Below, one piece after another: positions 1 through 11,689 of a DNA stretch of 64,000 nucleotides. Source of the stretch: Octopus sinensis (lineage: Eukaryota). The position numbers were made by a program, and so were the translations under genes. The stretch covers positions 51,534,464 through 51,598,463 of the forward strand of contig NC_043011.1 in the NCBI RefSeq assembly GCF_006345805.1, read 5' to 3'. The notes under the pieces are model-generated. The model had not been told where the DNA came from. It did no database searches and saw only the letters and a program-made list of their open reading frames with translations. Positions within the stretch are counted from its first letter, which is position 1, and every line of letters begins with the position of its first letter.

Positions 1-26
1 ATAACTAACAAAACTATCCTATGCAC

Positions 27-202
27 CAGTGGCTCCCAACCTGTGGTCTGCAGAGGATCTGCAGATCCCTGGTGGTCTGCAAAGGTAATACTAGGAGTCT
101 GTGAAGATGTTAAGCTGACAAGCCTTTCAATATCCTGGGGTCTGTGGGAAAACTCATTTAAATAAAAGGGGTCCTTCATAGTGAAATGGTTGGGAACCAC
201 TG
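27..202. mobile_element. hAT (Charlie-like) non-autonomous MITE
   Basis: TIRs CAGTGGCTCCCAACC ... GGTTGGGAACCACTG, with an 8-bp TSD CTATGCAC / CTATACAC (7/8 match). Confidence 0.85.
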
Positions 203-640
203 CTATACACCATGTAGCTAACCTATCAACATTATAGACCATGTAGCTAACCTAACCACACCATGTATCATGTGGCTAACATATCTACACTTTAGACCAT
301 GTAGCTACCCTAACCACAATATATACCATGTTGCTAATCTAAGTACACTATATACCACGTAGTTAACTTAAGTATAATATACACCATGTAGCTACCCTAA
401 ACCATGCGACAAACCATGAGAGCAAGTAGCAAACCTAACCACATTATGCTATACATCATGTAGCTAGCCCCAATTACAATATATACCATGTAGCTAACTT
501 AAACACAGTATGCACAAGGTACTTAACCTAACAAGATTATATACCATGTAGCTACACCTAATCACAATAAATATCATGTGGCTAACCTAACCACACTTTA
601 TACCATGTAGCTAATTCAATTACAATATCTATTCATGTAG
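203..640 (+). repeat. Diverged ~30-bp minisatellite (approx. ATATACCATGTAGCTAACCTAACCACACT); second patch at ~4055-4235
   Basis: CCATGTAGCTAACCTAA cores recur about every 30 nt. Confidence 0.8.
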
Positions 641-1318
641 CTGTCCTGGAAACATGCAGTGATGTTGCCTCAACAACATAATTAAAATGAGGGCAGAGAT
701 ATATTTCTAATAATATTGAGCAGAAGATATTTGACTCTACATTAACTTAGTTAAGGGGCTTTGATGATAATGGAAAATGAAAGGGAGTGGAGAAATGCAT
801 GTGCATAGAGGCATGCATTTCTATATGTGTGTGCATATGTAGGTATATATTTGTATATGAATGTGTGCATGTAAGCATGCATGTATGTATGAAAGCTTGT
901 CCATACAGGTTGCTTTTGCATACATGCACATAAATGCATATGGCTGCATGTGTGCCTATTTAACTAGATTATGAATTTGTGTGTGTCTGCATGCGTATAT
1001 GTACATATATACACTGTTGATGTTACATAGGTGGCTATAAACCTTTATCTCTCACAGGATTTTTTAACCCGGTATTACATGCTACTAATCCTAAGATTAA
1101 TCTGGGGGTTGAGGGTTCAAGTTCCTCTACAGGCATACATTATCTTTTATTGGTGTAGGCATGGTTGTGTGCCAAAAAGTTTGCTTCCCAACCACATGGT
1201 TGCAGGTTCAATCGCACTGCACGGTACATTGGGAAAGTGTCTTCTACTATAGCCTCAGGCCATCTAAAGCCTTGTGAGTGGATTTGGTAGACAGAAACTG
1301 AAAGAAGCCCATCATATA

Positions 1319-1445
<127 letters not shown>

Positions 1446-1453
1446 GTGTGTGT

Positions 1454-1753
1454 GGAGGCGCAATGGCCCAGTGGTTAGGGCAGTGGACTCGCGGTCGTAG
1501 GATCACAGTTTCGATTCCCAGACCAAGCACTGTGAGTGTTTATTGAGTGAAAACACCTAAAGCTCCATGAGGCTCCGGCAGGGGGTGGTGGCGATCTCTG
1601 TTGTACTCTTTTGCCACAACTTTCTCTCACTCTTTCTTCTGTTGGCCTGCTCGCTTAGCCAGCAGGGTGGCGTCATTTGAAGGCTAAAACAATGCGAAGC
1701 ACATTGTGACCAGCGATGTGTAGCAACATGTGATAGCCTGGCCGATCATGGTG

Positions 1754-1754
<1 letters not shown>
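1454..1754 (+). mobile_element. tRNA-derived SINE, family starting GGAGGCGCAATGGCCCAGTGG; other copies at 13232-13523 (-) and 18991-19368 (+, different 3' half)
   Basis: A-box TGGCCCAGTGG and B-box-like GTTTCGATTCCC. Three dispersed copies share the head. Confidence 0.85.
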
Positions 1755-1790
<36 letters not shown>

Positions 1791-1796
1791 TATATG

Positions 1797-1990
1797 TATA
1801 TAGGGAGAATTCACAAAAAAAACATAAGACGAAGACAGGTGGTGTAGACAACAAACAGATGTATTAGTATAATGCTCGGGAAGTAAAAGAGTCTTTAATG
1901 TTTCGAGCCAATGCTCTTCCACAGAAAGGAATACAGAAAGAAACAAAGAGAAAAAATAAGGAATGTGTAGTGGCTAGCAATCTATCATGG
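1797..1990 (-). mobile_element. Short interspersed repeat carrying a minimal hammerhead-like motif (probably Penelope-associated); second copy at ~62368-62570
   Basis: Both copies share the blocks TGTATTAGTAT...GTCTTT(T)A(A/C)(T)GTTTCGAGCC..(T/C)GCTCTTC(C/A)ACAGAAAG. Confidence 0.55.
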
Positions 1991-2082
1991 TGATATATAT
2001 GTATGTATATAAATATACACATATATATATATATAGTTTTAAATCACTGAGTGAGAAATTTATAGTAACAGTACCGAACAGC

Positions 2083-2253
2083 AAAGTTTATTTGCCAACA
2101 TAATGTGGCAGTCCTACACAGGATGATGTTACTATCTTTTATACAGGCACAGATCATGTTTGGTACCCAGCTGGAAAAGATGTATTCCTAGGGCTAAAAA
2201 GCAGTAACATTGTCCTGCATAGAACTGCCACATTATGTTAGCAAATAGACTTT
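2083..2253. mobile_element. MITE with ~50-bp imperfect terminal inverted repeats
   Basis: AAAGTTTATTTGCCAACATAATGTGGCAGTCC...ATGTTACT versus the reverse complement of AGTAACATTG...CTGCCACATTATGTTAGCAAATAGACTTT. Confidence 0.7.
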
Positions 2254-2255
2254 AA

Positions 2256-2296
<41 letters not shown>

Positions 2297-2641
2297 TCAT
2301 GGCATTTGTTTGTCCCCAACCACTACTTGACAACCAGTGTTGGTTTGTTCACATCCCTGTACCTTAGTAGATTGGAAGAAGTGACCCATACAATAAGTAT
2401 CAGGATTAAAAAAAAAAAGTACTGGGATTGATTCATTTGACTAAAAAATTTTTCAAAGCAGTGTCCCAGCATAATGACTGAAACAAATGAAAGATATATA
2501 TATATATCACAACAAAATGTTTCGTAACTTAAATCTTGCAAAGGTAATTTATATTATTATATTTAATAAGACCTAAACCATTCCAGTCTCTTCTGAACAA
2601 TTGATCATATTGGAGTTATCACCCTTGTTTGTTGTTTTTAG

Positions 2642-2708
2642 ATTTTAAACACCTGCTAGGGAAAGTGCATAGTCTGAGTTCATTGAAGTTTTTCAAGAAG
2701 CTCTATAT
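2642..2708 (+). CDS. Candidate internal exon (xFKHLLGKVHSLSSLKFFKKLYx), phase 1 to 2
   Basis: Acceptor ttgtttgttgtttttag, donor gtaaga, single open frame, phase-compatible with 3525. No homology recognised. Confidence 0.25.
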
Positions 2709-2856
2709 GTAAGACCCAACTGTATTGATACAGAGAAGTATATAAAAAAACAAATAAATAAAAAGACCGATAGATAGAGAGAAACACAAATAAATAGACA
2801 GACAGACAGATAGAAGATACATAGATAGATAGATAAATAAAATAGATAAATAGATC

Positions 2857-3248
2857 GGTGCAGGAGTGGCTGTGTGGTAAGTAGCTTGCTTACCAACCAC
2901 ATAGGTCCGGGTTCAGTCCCACTGCGTGACACCTTGGGCGAGTGTCTTCTACTATAGCCTCGGGCTGACCAAAGCCTTGTGAGTGGATTTGGTAGATGGA
3001 AACTGAAAGAAGCCCATCGTATATATGTATGTATGTATATATGTGTGTGTATGTTTGTCCCCTCCCCCCAACATTGCTTGACAACCAATGGTGGTGTGTT
3101 TATGCCCCTGTAACTTAGCAGTTTGGCATAAGAGATCGATAGAATAAGTACTAGGCTTACAAAGAATAAGTCCTGGGGTCGATTTGCTCGACTAAAGGCG
3201 GTGCTCCAGCACGGCCACAGTCAAATGACTAAAACAAGTAAAAAAAGA
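2857..3248 (+). mobile_element. tRNA-derived SINE, family starting GGCGCAGGAGTGGCTGTGTGG (most abundant here)
   Basis: A-box TGGCTGTGTGG, B-box GGTTCAGTCCC and an internal TA/TG microsatellite. Other copies at 36110-36520, 59924-60330, ~50745-51150, ~53256-53640, ~58290-58715 and ~14460-14815 (-), plus many fragments. Confidence 0.9.
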
Positions 3249-3436
3249 GAGATAGCTAGACAGATAGATAGAAAGATAGACAAAAAAATAGATAGACAGA
3301 TAGTTAGACAGAGAAATAAATAGAGAGAGAGAGAGAGAGACAGAGAGACAGAGAGACAGAGAGAGTAAAGGAAATGCAGCTGTAAAATTAGAATCTAAAA
3401 CAAGATCTAAATGCAGCTTAAATAAAGTCCACTTAC

Positions 3437-3529
3437 TTTCCTTTATATATATTTCCCCATCTCCTTCTTGACACCCAATAATCAATGCACTATCAACCCT
3501 ACGCTTCTCTCTATATACACCCAGTGCCT
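3437..3529 (-). CDS. Candidate symmetric phase-1 exon (xALGVYREKRRVDSALIIGCQEGDGEIYIKEx)
   Basis: Acceptor ccatttatcag, perfect donor gtaagt, 93 nt, only one frame open. It competes with the plus-strand model starting at 3525. Confidence 0.3.
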
Positions 3530-3625
3530 CTGATAAATGGATAGTAATTAATATAGAGCAAATGAAGCAAAGTGAATTAATGAAAATGTTTAACAGTTTG
3601 ATGAAGAAAAATAATGGAGAGACTG
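3525..3625 (+). CDS. Candidate exon (xASDKWIVINIEQMKQSELMKMFNSLMKKNNGETx), phase 2 to 1
   Basis: Follows a ~95-nt AG-free pyrimidine-rich stretch ending in cccag. It needs a non-canonical GC donor (gcacgt) to join 7187. Confidence 0.18.
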
Positions 3626-4700
3626 GCACGTGGCTGTCGCAGTTGCACATGTATCTGCATACATACATGCATACATACTCGTGCATTCATGTATCAATCT
3701 ATAAATATATATAATACATATACAAAGAGTATATCTATATAGAAATGGATATATACTCTTAAATGTGTGTGTAGGGGGTCATGTTTTACTCTTTTACCGG
3801 TTGGTTTGTGTCACTGAACTGCAACAATGCTGGGACACAATCTGGAAAAATTTTACCAATCAAATCAATTCCAGTACTAAATTTATCAGTTTCTTTTTGT
3901 TGAACAGCTAAGGTACATAAACGTACCAACACTGGTTGTCAAGTGGTTAGAGACAAAATACAAAGGCATGGAGACACACACCCAAGCAACAAGCTTCCAC
4001 AGTTTCCATCTTGCAAATTTACACACAAGGCAATTGGTGTTCTGGGACTACATTATAGATCATGTAGCTGATGTAACCACACTATACATCATGTGGTTAA
4101 CCTATCTACACTGTAGGCCATTTAGCTAACCTAACCACACTATATACCATGTTACTAACCTAAGCACACTATATACCATGTAGTTATTTTAACTATAGTA
4201 TGCACCATGTAGTTACCCTAAACCATGCTATAAACCATGGGAATGGTTTAGTAAGAGTTACATACATTATATTTGAAGCAGCTCAATTCAGCCCTAAAGT
4301 TTCATAGGCTCCTTACAGAAACCTAGCTTGTCAGGCTCAAGTTGCTCACTTGAGCCTGATGAGCTAGATTTCTGTTAGGAATCAACAGAATATAGTAGTA
4401 GTAGTAGTAGTAATAGTTGCATGGGGCTGAATCAAATTGTTTTAAATAATAATAATCCCTTCTACTATAGGCACAAGACCTGAAATTTGGGAGAGGGGAC
4501 TAGTCAATTTCATTGACTCCAGTATTTCACTGGTACTCAATTTAATGACTCCGAAAGGATGAAAGGCATAGTTGACCTTGGCAGAATTTCAACTCAGAGC
4601 ATAGCAATGTGCAAAATACTACTAAGAGTTTCATCCAATGTGCTAACAATTCTGCCAGCTCACTGCCTTTTTAAAAGTTGTCAGCAGACAGCCACAGGAC

Positions 4701-4751
<51 letters not shown>

Positions 4752-4752
<1 letters not shown>

Positions 4753-5060
4753 GATGCCTTGATGCAATACCAAGCACTGGCTCTCATGGCTCCTGGTCTT
4801 AACTGATTGGAAGTGTTATCATGTACATGTTTTGTCTTGGTGTAAAAAAAGATGGGCTACAGCAAATATTCTGCTCAATACCACAGATTTGCTTGTCAGT
4901 CGCTTGACTTTTACCAGTTGTGCATGTCCCTTGGTGACTGACGATATGTGCATCTCTGATCACAAGCACAAGTAGTGGGGGAGCATCATAGCCATGTGTT
5001 GAGAGGAATTCTTTGGGATTTGAATAATTCACCTCTGCAAACATGGGTGTTTCATTCAAC
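4752..5060. mobile_element. Interspersed repeat (SINE-like, unclassified) next to a (TAA)n run
   Basis: Abuts (AAT)n at 4700-4752. Recalled as a common repeat in octopus-like sequence; not verified by search. Confidence 0.45.
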
Positions 5061-5203
5061 ATCCTTAAACAACTCTTTACCTCTTATGGTTATGAAAGAT
5101 TAGCAAGAGGGTCTTAGGTAGTAACCCACTACCTGCATAAATTTTAACAAGAATAAGAATGAACCTGAGTCAAATCATCAACAATAATAATAATAATGAT
5201 AAT

Positions 5204-5556
5204 AACAAGAGCACTCAGGGTGCAAACCTCTGCCAAGGCAACACCAACATCCTCTCAACGATTAGCCGGAAAGAATTTTTAAAATGAAAATATCTGAAAT
5301 AAACTCGACTGCTCTCACAAATGAGAATACTAAAAATGAACCTGACCAGTCTCAAAAAATCGGAAAAATAATCCAGAATCCTTATTCGGTACCAGATCGA
5401 TCCCAAAATGTAATCAGTTTGTGCCAGTCATGAGGTCAAACATCCCTGAAAGTTTCATCCAAATCCATCCAGTGGTTCTTGAAATATCTTGTCCACAGAC
5501 AAACAAACAAACACAACTGAAAACAATACCTCTGCCTTAGCAAAGGCTGAGGTAAT
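5204..5556 (+). mobile_element. Non-autonomous Helentron-like (HINE/DINE-type) element
   Basis: 5' subterminal CCTCTGCCAAGG, 3' hairpin ACCTCTGCC...GGCTGAGGT followed by AA, and the typical GTTTCATCCAAATCCATCCAGT...ACAGACAAACAAAC block. Confidence 0.55.
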
Positions 5557-6229
5557 AATGGTTTCGAATTTTGGTACAGGGTCAACAATTTCGGAGGTGG
5601 GTGCAAGTCGATTACATCAACCCTTAGAGTTCAACTGATACTTATTTTATTGACACCGAAAAAAAAAAAAAATGAAAGGCAAAGTTGACTTTAATGGAAT
5701 TTGAACACAGAACATGAAGACGGACGAAATACCATTGTGCATTCTGTATGCGTATGTGTGTGTGTATGTGAAAAAAGTACTGAGGTTCATTCGACCAAAA
5801 TTCTTCAAAGCAGTGCCCCAGCATGGCTATAGTCTAATGAATGTAACAAATAAAAGATAAACACACACACACATGTGCATGTATGTGTGCGAATACATAT
5901 CTGCATGTAAATATACATGTGTGTGTGTGTTCACATACACTGAAACACATCGGCATTCAAATGATGCTAGGAGGCAGGACAGCAGTAGTGATGTGTGCAG
6001 TGTACACAGATTATCTGCTGCAGCCATGACCAGCATTTACATCTGCACTTTGCTTTTGGCTGCACAATGTTAGTCATATGAATTGAGCAATGACACATAA
6101 CATTGGCAAGCACTCACACTTGTATATACATACATATACACACACACATGATATCAAGTGCTGCACAAACACTCTGCCTATCAGTCTATTTATGTGTTAC
6201 CAATGTCTCTTTTTCTATTCCTGTCTAAT

Positions 6230-6268
<39 letters not shown>

Positions 6269-6339
6269 ATCCTTTTCTCTGTTTCAGCATGCATCTGTCT
6301 GTCTGACAGTCTACATTTTTTAATGCATTTCTCTCTCTC

Positions 6340-6388
<49 letters not shown>

Positions 6389-7186
6389 GACATACACATT
6401 CTTTTATCAATCTGAATGTCTGTATTTTATGTCTATGTCTATCTATACGCTAGCATGGTAACTTATCTACTATGAGCCAATGATGGAACCTTTACATGTT
6501 CATCTGATCTGTTAGAAACAACAGCCAAATCTCCTGAAACAGAATGCTAAAGAATAGGACAAATTACATAATGGAATACTCCAAGGGTACACCATTACAG
6601 AAAAAAAAGGGATAGTCATAGTTTTGGACTGAACAATAACAACAACAGCAATGTATCTACCAGTGTTTTTATTGATTTATATATCTATTTGTCTATGAAT
6701 ATATCTATATTTATGTCTTTACGTTCTGAGTTCAAATTCCACCGAGGTGGACTTTGCCTTTCAACCCTTAGGGGTCAATAAATTAAGTACCAGTTGCATA
6801 CTGGGGTCAATCTAATTGACTGGCCCCTTCCCCCAAAGTTTCAGGCTTTGTACCTAGAGTAGGAAAGAATATATCTATATTTATGTCTTTATATTCTGAG
6901 TTCAAATTTCGCCATGGTCGACTTTGCCTTTCATCCCTTAGGAGTCAATAAATTAAGCACCAGATGCATACTGGGGTTGATCTAATCGACTGACCCCCTC
7001 CCACAAAATTTCGGGCCTTGTGTCTAGAGTAGAAAAGAATATATCTATATTTAGCTCATCTCTTTCTGGCCCTTTCATTCTTTCCTCTCTCTGTTTTTCT
7101 CTTTGCCTTTCTTTTCTCACTCCCTTTCTCTTCTATACTTTTATTCTGTCCTTTTCTCATTACTCACAACTGTCTTTCTTACACAG

Positions 7187-7265
7187 ACCCCATCAATTTC
7201 ACACCCATAACACTCATCCCAACACCCATCCTTAGCGATGAACAATTCTTAGCAATAATTTACAG
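7187..7265 (+). CDS. Candidate exon (xPINFTPITLIPTPILSDEQFLAIIYR), phase 1 to 2
   Basis: Long pyrimidine tract ending in acacag, donor CAG|gtgagg, only one open frame. Confidence 0.3.
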
Positions 7266-7368
7266 GTGAGGTTACATTAATTTATTTAATTTGCTTGTTT
7301 CCACGACCCCATTATAACACTTGAATAAGTACTGAATATGCCCTAATTCATATTGATTTCTTTGGCAG

Positions 7369-7441
7369 GCTAAAGGCAATAAAGTTATACAGAAAGAGAA
7401 ATGAGATTACGAGAAGATCAAGTCTTTTTCAATGGCATTAA
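7369..7441 (+). CDS. Candidate terminal exon (LKAIKLYRKRNEITRRSSLFQWH*)
   Basis: Branch-like ccctaat and acceptor gatttctttggcag. In phase with 7265 across a 103-nt intron. Confidence 0.28.
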
Positions 7442-8359
7442 CACCCTGAACAAAGTGAAACAGCTATAAACAAGAATCAAACCCTGCGTTCAGACTTAAA
7501 TTGCAGGCTATTATCATCTCTACAATAGTTGTACGGTGTTGTTGTTGGTGGTGGTGGTGTTATTGTTGTTGGTGTTGTTGTTTAGCTTACATCAAACCTA
7601 ATCAAGCAGAACTATGATCAAAGGCATTCCAGCCTTGACCAACCACCTTATCTTTTTAAGCATATCTAAGATTACATTGTTTAATGTGTCTCTTCTATTT
7701 TTTAAAGATGTGTTTGGTGACTTGAAAAAGATTTAGATACTATTTCTAATAAGTCAAGCAACCATGTGGAGTCTCCCTCTAGACATTATGTATCATCAAA
7801 AGAAACATCAACTCAGTGTAACACTGAGGTTAAACAACAGGATCAAAGGAAACTAGTGGTGGTCTGCGTTGATAAACAGTGAATCCAAAAGGTGTGTAAA
7901 GTGGAATAAATTATTTTGTCATGAGTGAGAGACAATGAATGTTTAGGGCAGGATTCTTTGGAGAGAAATTAAACGTTTTTTACGTAAACAATCCACTTTT
8001 CTCTAATAGAAAGCTCTGTCTAAAATGCTGGAGTTCTTTTCTTCACAGCCACATAATTTATTCTGCTGTGCAAACTCAATGTAACATTGATATTTACTTG
8101 CACAGAGGTATCTGGATTGATGTTTTTCCAGCACTGCTATTTCACCACTCGACCCTGAAATGATGAAAGGTAAAGTTGACCCCAGTAGGGTTGGAATTCA
8201 GAGCACAAAGAGTTGGAACAAATACCATAATGCACTAAATATATGGATGTTGTTGAGAGAAAGTAGCGTGTTGGTTGAGACGAGAGGTTGATAGGTGTCA
8301 TTGAGAGGATGCTTATATCTCATGAAGTACGTTGTGTGAACACATGGATTTTATCTCTG

Positions 8360-8753
8360 CTGATGGTGGGTATTTGTCTGGTTGCATGATTCTAAACAGT
8401 TTCCAGGAGATTATGCCATCAGGCATCTACCATACTCTGAATGTCTTGCATCTCTGGGCATGGACACATTAAAGCACTAACGTCTGGCAACTGCTTTGGT
8501 AGATACCTACAAAATCATCCACCATCTTTCCAACAACAATTTTGAGTACCTTTTTAAATTTCCTAAGTCTAACACTCATGAACATGCTTACAAAATCAGA
8601 AAACAGTATAGCATTCATGACTTTTGGAAACATTTTTTTGTGCTCAGAATTGCTGAAGGCTGGAATAAACTACCTGCATCAGTTGTTAACTGTCAGGACA
8701 CTACATCCTTCAGGACTTCCATGCTTCCTAAAATTCGCCAACAGTACACCTGA
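8360..8753 (+). mobile_element. CR1/L2-type LINE 3' end with a short 5' inversion
   Basis: 8416-8753 translates IRHLPYSECLASLGMDTL...YKIIHHL...HFFVLRIAEGWNKLPASVVNCQDTTSFR, a typical CR1-group C-terminus. 8360-8415 encodes the preceding NLLETV*NHATRQIPTI on the minus strand. Confidence 0.85.
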
Positions 8754-8769
8754 TGTAACTTTTTTTTTT

Positions 8770-9267
8770 ATTACTCAAAGAATGACCCTTCATCAATTGT
8801 CAGCTGTCTATCTACTCCTCATTTTGAGCATTCAATGACAGTATGAGTCTTCAAAGATAGTTGCTCCCATGAATACCAAAATAAAATTTGGGATTTATGG
8901 AGGGTCAAAGTTGGAAACAAAAATATGACAGTGGAAACATACAAGGAAACTGAATGTATACAAACATGGAGGGTCGTTAGACCAGAACAAGGGTAAAATA
9001 GCAAATGCTGGAGAAATATTTTCTTTGAACAGAGAAAAGATAGAAGAAGGAAATAGAAGACATCCAGTCCTTTGGACATCGTGGAAGAAAAGAAAGATGG
9101 TCACGTGAGGAAAAGAAAGATGGACAATAGTCATGTGTAAACAACGAGAGAGAGAAAAAGAGAAAGCGGGGAGAGAGAGAGAGAGAGAGAGAGATGGATA
9201 GAAAACGGTGAAGGGGAGAAAAAGGAAATTAGAGAAGGATGGGGGAGAAAACTGTATAGAGTAGTCA

Positions 9268-9357
<90 letters not shown>

Positions 9358-9530
9358 AGGTTTGGAGATGATGTACAGGTATTATATATTAGAAGAAATG
9401 AGGTAATCAGAAGATCGGATGGTTCATATTTACAGATATTTATTTATATATTACATCTTTTACATATATATATCATATCATTCAGATCATTAGCGCTTTC
9501 TCCCATTCTAGTGGGGTTTTCAAATCAAAA
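8770..9530. mobile_element. Unclassified interspersed repeat; inverted copy at ~25105-25600
   Basis: The shared block CTATCTACTCCTCATTT...GAGTCTTCAAAGA(T/C)AGTTGCTCCCAT...ATGGAGGGTCAAAG occurs in opposite orientation in the two copies. Confidence 0.75.
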
Positions 9531-9897
9531 TATATATATATATAATATATATATATATAAACATAGATATATAAAATACACACAAACATATGTGAGTGTA
9601 TGTGTGCACATGTGCATGCACATGTGTGTGGGTGGGTCTGTGAGTCTGTGTACATCTTGCTTACGTTTATGAAAGTTAAGTTGCAATGTACAGGTGATAT
9701 GATTGTTGCCAGTACTCTTCTCAGCAAATTATCTTCTCATTTTGCATCTTTAAAGCCTAATGGCATGAGGAATATAGCTTTATCTGCTTTGTGTTCCACT
9801 GTTAAAAATGATTTATTTCATGTCTCTCCAAGTTTCTCAATTTTTATGACATGGGCAGCATTTATTTAATTATTTCTTTTTTTTTTTTTTTTTTCCA

Positions 9898-9958
9898 TCA
9901 AATTACAAATGTACCATGACAATACCCACTGCAAAAATAGGTTAAACGTAATGATTTC
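9898..9958 (-). CDS. Candidate terminal exon (W-KSLRLTYFCSGYCHGTFVI*) of the minus-strand gene
   Basis: Acceptor ctttgtttttatgtag, in phase 2 with exon 10620-10740, TGA at 9900-9898, and an AATAAA about 30 nt downstream on the minus strand. Confidence 0.4.
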
Positions 9959-10280
9959 CTACATAAAAACAAAGCTAGAACTGTTCCTCTGCCCTATTTA
10001 AGTGCAGTTAGTTGATGTGTGGGTTGTGGTGGGAGAGGGGACTAATCGACTGAAACAACCTCAATATATGTTTGGTGTTTAGTTTATCAACATCAGAGAA
10101 GCAAAAGAAATCACAGATCAGGTAAAATCTGAACACAAAAACATTGAACACTGAACACAAAAACATGAAAGGATCAAACTAAATATTACAAGATACTGAG
10201 TCAGAGAATGAGCAACTGTTTCTATTCTTCCACTGCTATTAAGTTAAAATACCAGTTATGTAATTAGGCATGAAACTTAA

Positions 10281-10503
10281 CCCTTTCATTACCATATTTC
10301 TATTAAAACACACTGTTTTTATTTCAATTAATTTTGAAAATAATGAAGAATTTAGTAAAAAAAGTTTAGTCATTTTTAAGCTGGTATTAGGGACAGAAAT
10401 TAACAAGAAAATTTGATTGAAGTTTTTAATTTAGATCATTTTAAAACAGGGATTTTGTATCATAGAATCAGGGTCTGTCTCAGGTGGGTTGGTATCAAAA
10501 GGG
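10281..10503. mobile_element. piggyBac-type MITE; partial copies at ~18315-18610, ~33170-33260 and ~45350-45400
   Basis: TTAA|CCCTTTC ... AAAGGG|TTAA, i.e. TTAA TSD at both ends. Confidence 0.85.
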
Positions 10504-10619
10504 TTAAGGCATGTATAGTCCAGTGAATGCAATATCAGTTCAAAAGCCTCAAGGTTAGAGCCCTAGCTGTAGCTACATTGTGAGTTGCAGAGTGTTTACC
10601 ATCAAAATAGCCTGCTTAC

Positions 10620-10740
10620 CATTCGTTACTGGTAATTTCCACAGTGGACATCATTTCAGTGATTGTGACGGATTGTTTGGAATGGCTCAGTGGGTCAGCT
10701 ATTTGACCGTTGGTCAGTTGTGTTGTAAAGGGTCCAAGAC
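10620..10740 (-). CDS. Internal coding exon (xLGPFTTQLTNGQIADPLSHSKQSVTITEMMSTVEITSNEx), phase 1 to 2, product unknown
   Basis: Very strong acceptor ttccccttcttttctgtttgttttgcacag and donor TG|gtaagc. Only one frame is open across 121 nt of unique, non-repetitive sequence. Confidence 0.65.
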
Positions 10741-10824
10741 CTGTGCAAAACAAACAGAAAAGAAGGGGAAAAATAAGTGCAAATCAAATAGTAATGCATG
10801 TCATGGTATGGTAGATAAAGATAA

Positions 10825-11290
10825 TTAACTGAATGGTATGGTATAGACGGAAATCAGGATACCACTAGATGACATGGTATAGTCTATGATATAGGAAAAA
10901 CAGAATACCACTGACTGGTATGGTATGATACAGAAAGAACATAATACCACTGGGTGGTATTGCATGATGTAGAAAACAACAGAATACCATTAAGTGACAT
11001 TGCATGATACAGAAAAGAAAAAAAAATCACTGAATAGTATGGTAATGATATAGAAAATACAGAACACCACTGAATGATGAGGTATGATATAGATAAAAAA
11101 AAGATTACCAATGATTGGTACAGTATAAAAATAGACAGGATACCACTGATGGTATGCTATAATGAATAGGGCAGTTTTAATACGATACTGAATGGTATGT
11201 TTGATATTGGAAACTGAATAACACTGACTAGTGAATAATAGATACCAAGCCAAATGCCATGCATCATACTGAATGGTATGATATGAAGCA
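10825..11290 (+). repeat. Highly diverged ~38-bp minisatellite (…ACAGAATACCACTGAATGGTATGGTATGAT…)
   Basis: ATACCACTGA/TGGTATG cores recur. Confidence 0.7.
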
Positions 11291-11651
11291 AGATTTACAA
11301 TCAATCTAGTCCCCAAACAAAAATATAGAGATATCGCATACTTATGAATGCCATAAACTATATTGCACAGATATTTGTGCTATGAAATATATTACACAGC
11401 TGTCAATGAAATTATAGTAATATCATATAGTTGTGTATATCACATAATCTATTATAACACTGTCCAAACTTTAAAATTTGGTATATCACATAGATGGCAA
11501 TAAAACTATAAAGATTTCACACACATGGTTGTCACAATAGAAAATATCTAATATACTGAGTGTGTGTGTGTGAGTCTCTATGTTTGTAAACACATATGTG
11601 CACACACGCACTAATGATATATATATATATATTATATATATATATATATAT

Positions 11652-11689
<38 letters not shown>

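Noticed and set aside
1454-1530. tRNA genes at SINE heads (also 2857, 36110, 59924, 57672)
   Set aside because: A and B boxes are present, but there is no complete cloverleaf or acceptor stem and they continue into SINE bodies.
4321-4380. CTGATGAG (4356) plus upstream GAAAC read as a permuted hammerhead
   Set aside because: No NUH triplet sits in register with stem I, and stems II and III cannot form. The motifs are a by-product of the palindrome.
9665-9798. Minus-strand exon-like stretch open except for one in-frame TGA (selenocysteine idea)
   Set aside because: No SECIS is recognisable, the peptide resembles no selenoprotein, and the stretch falls in the predicted 3' UTR. Chance is the likely explanation.
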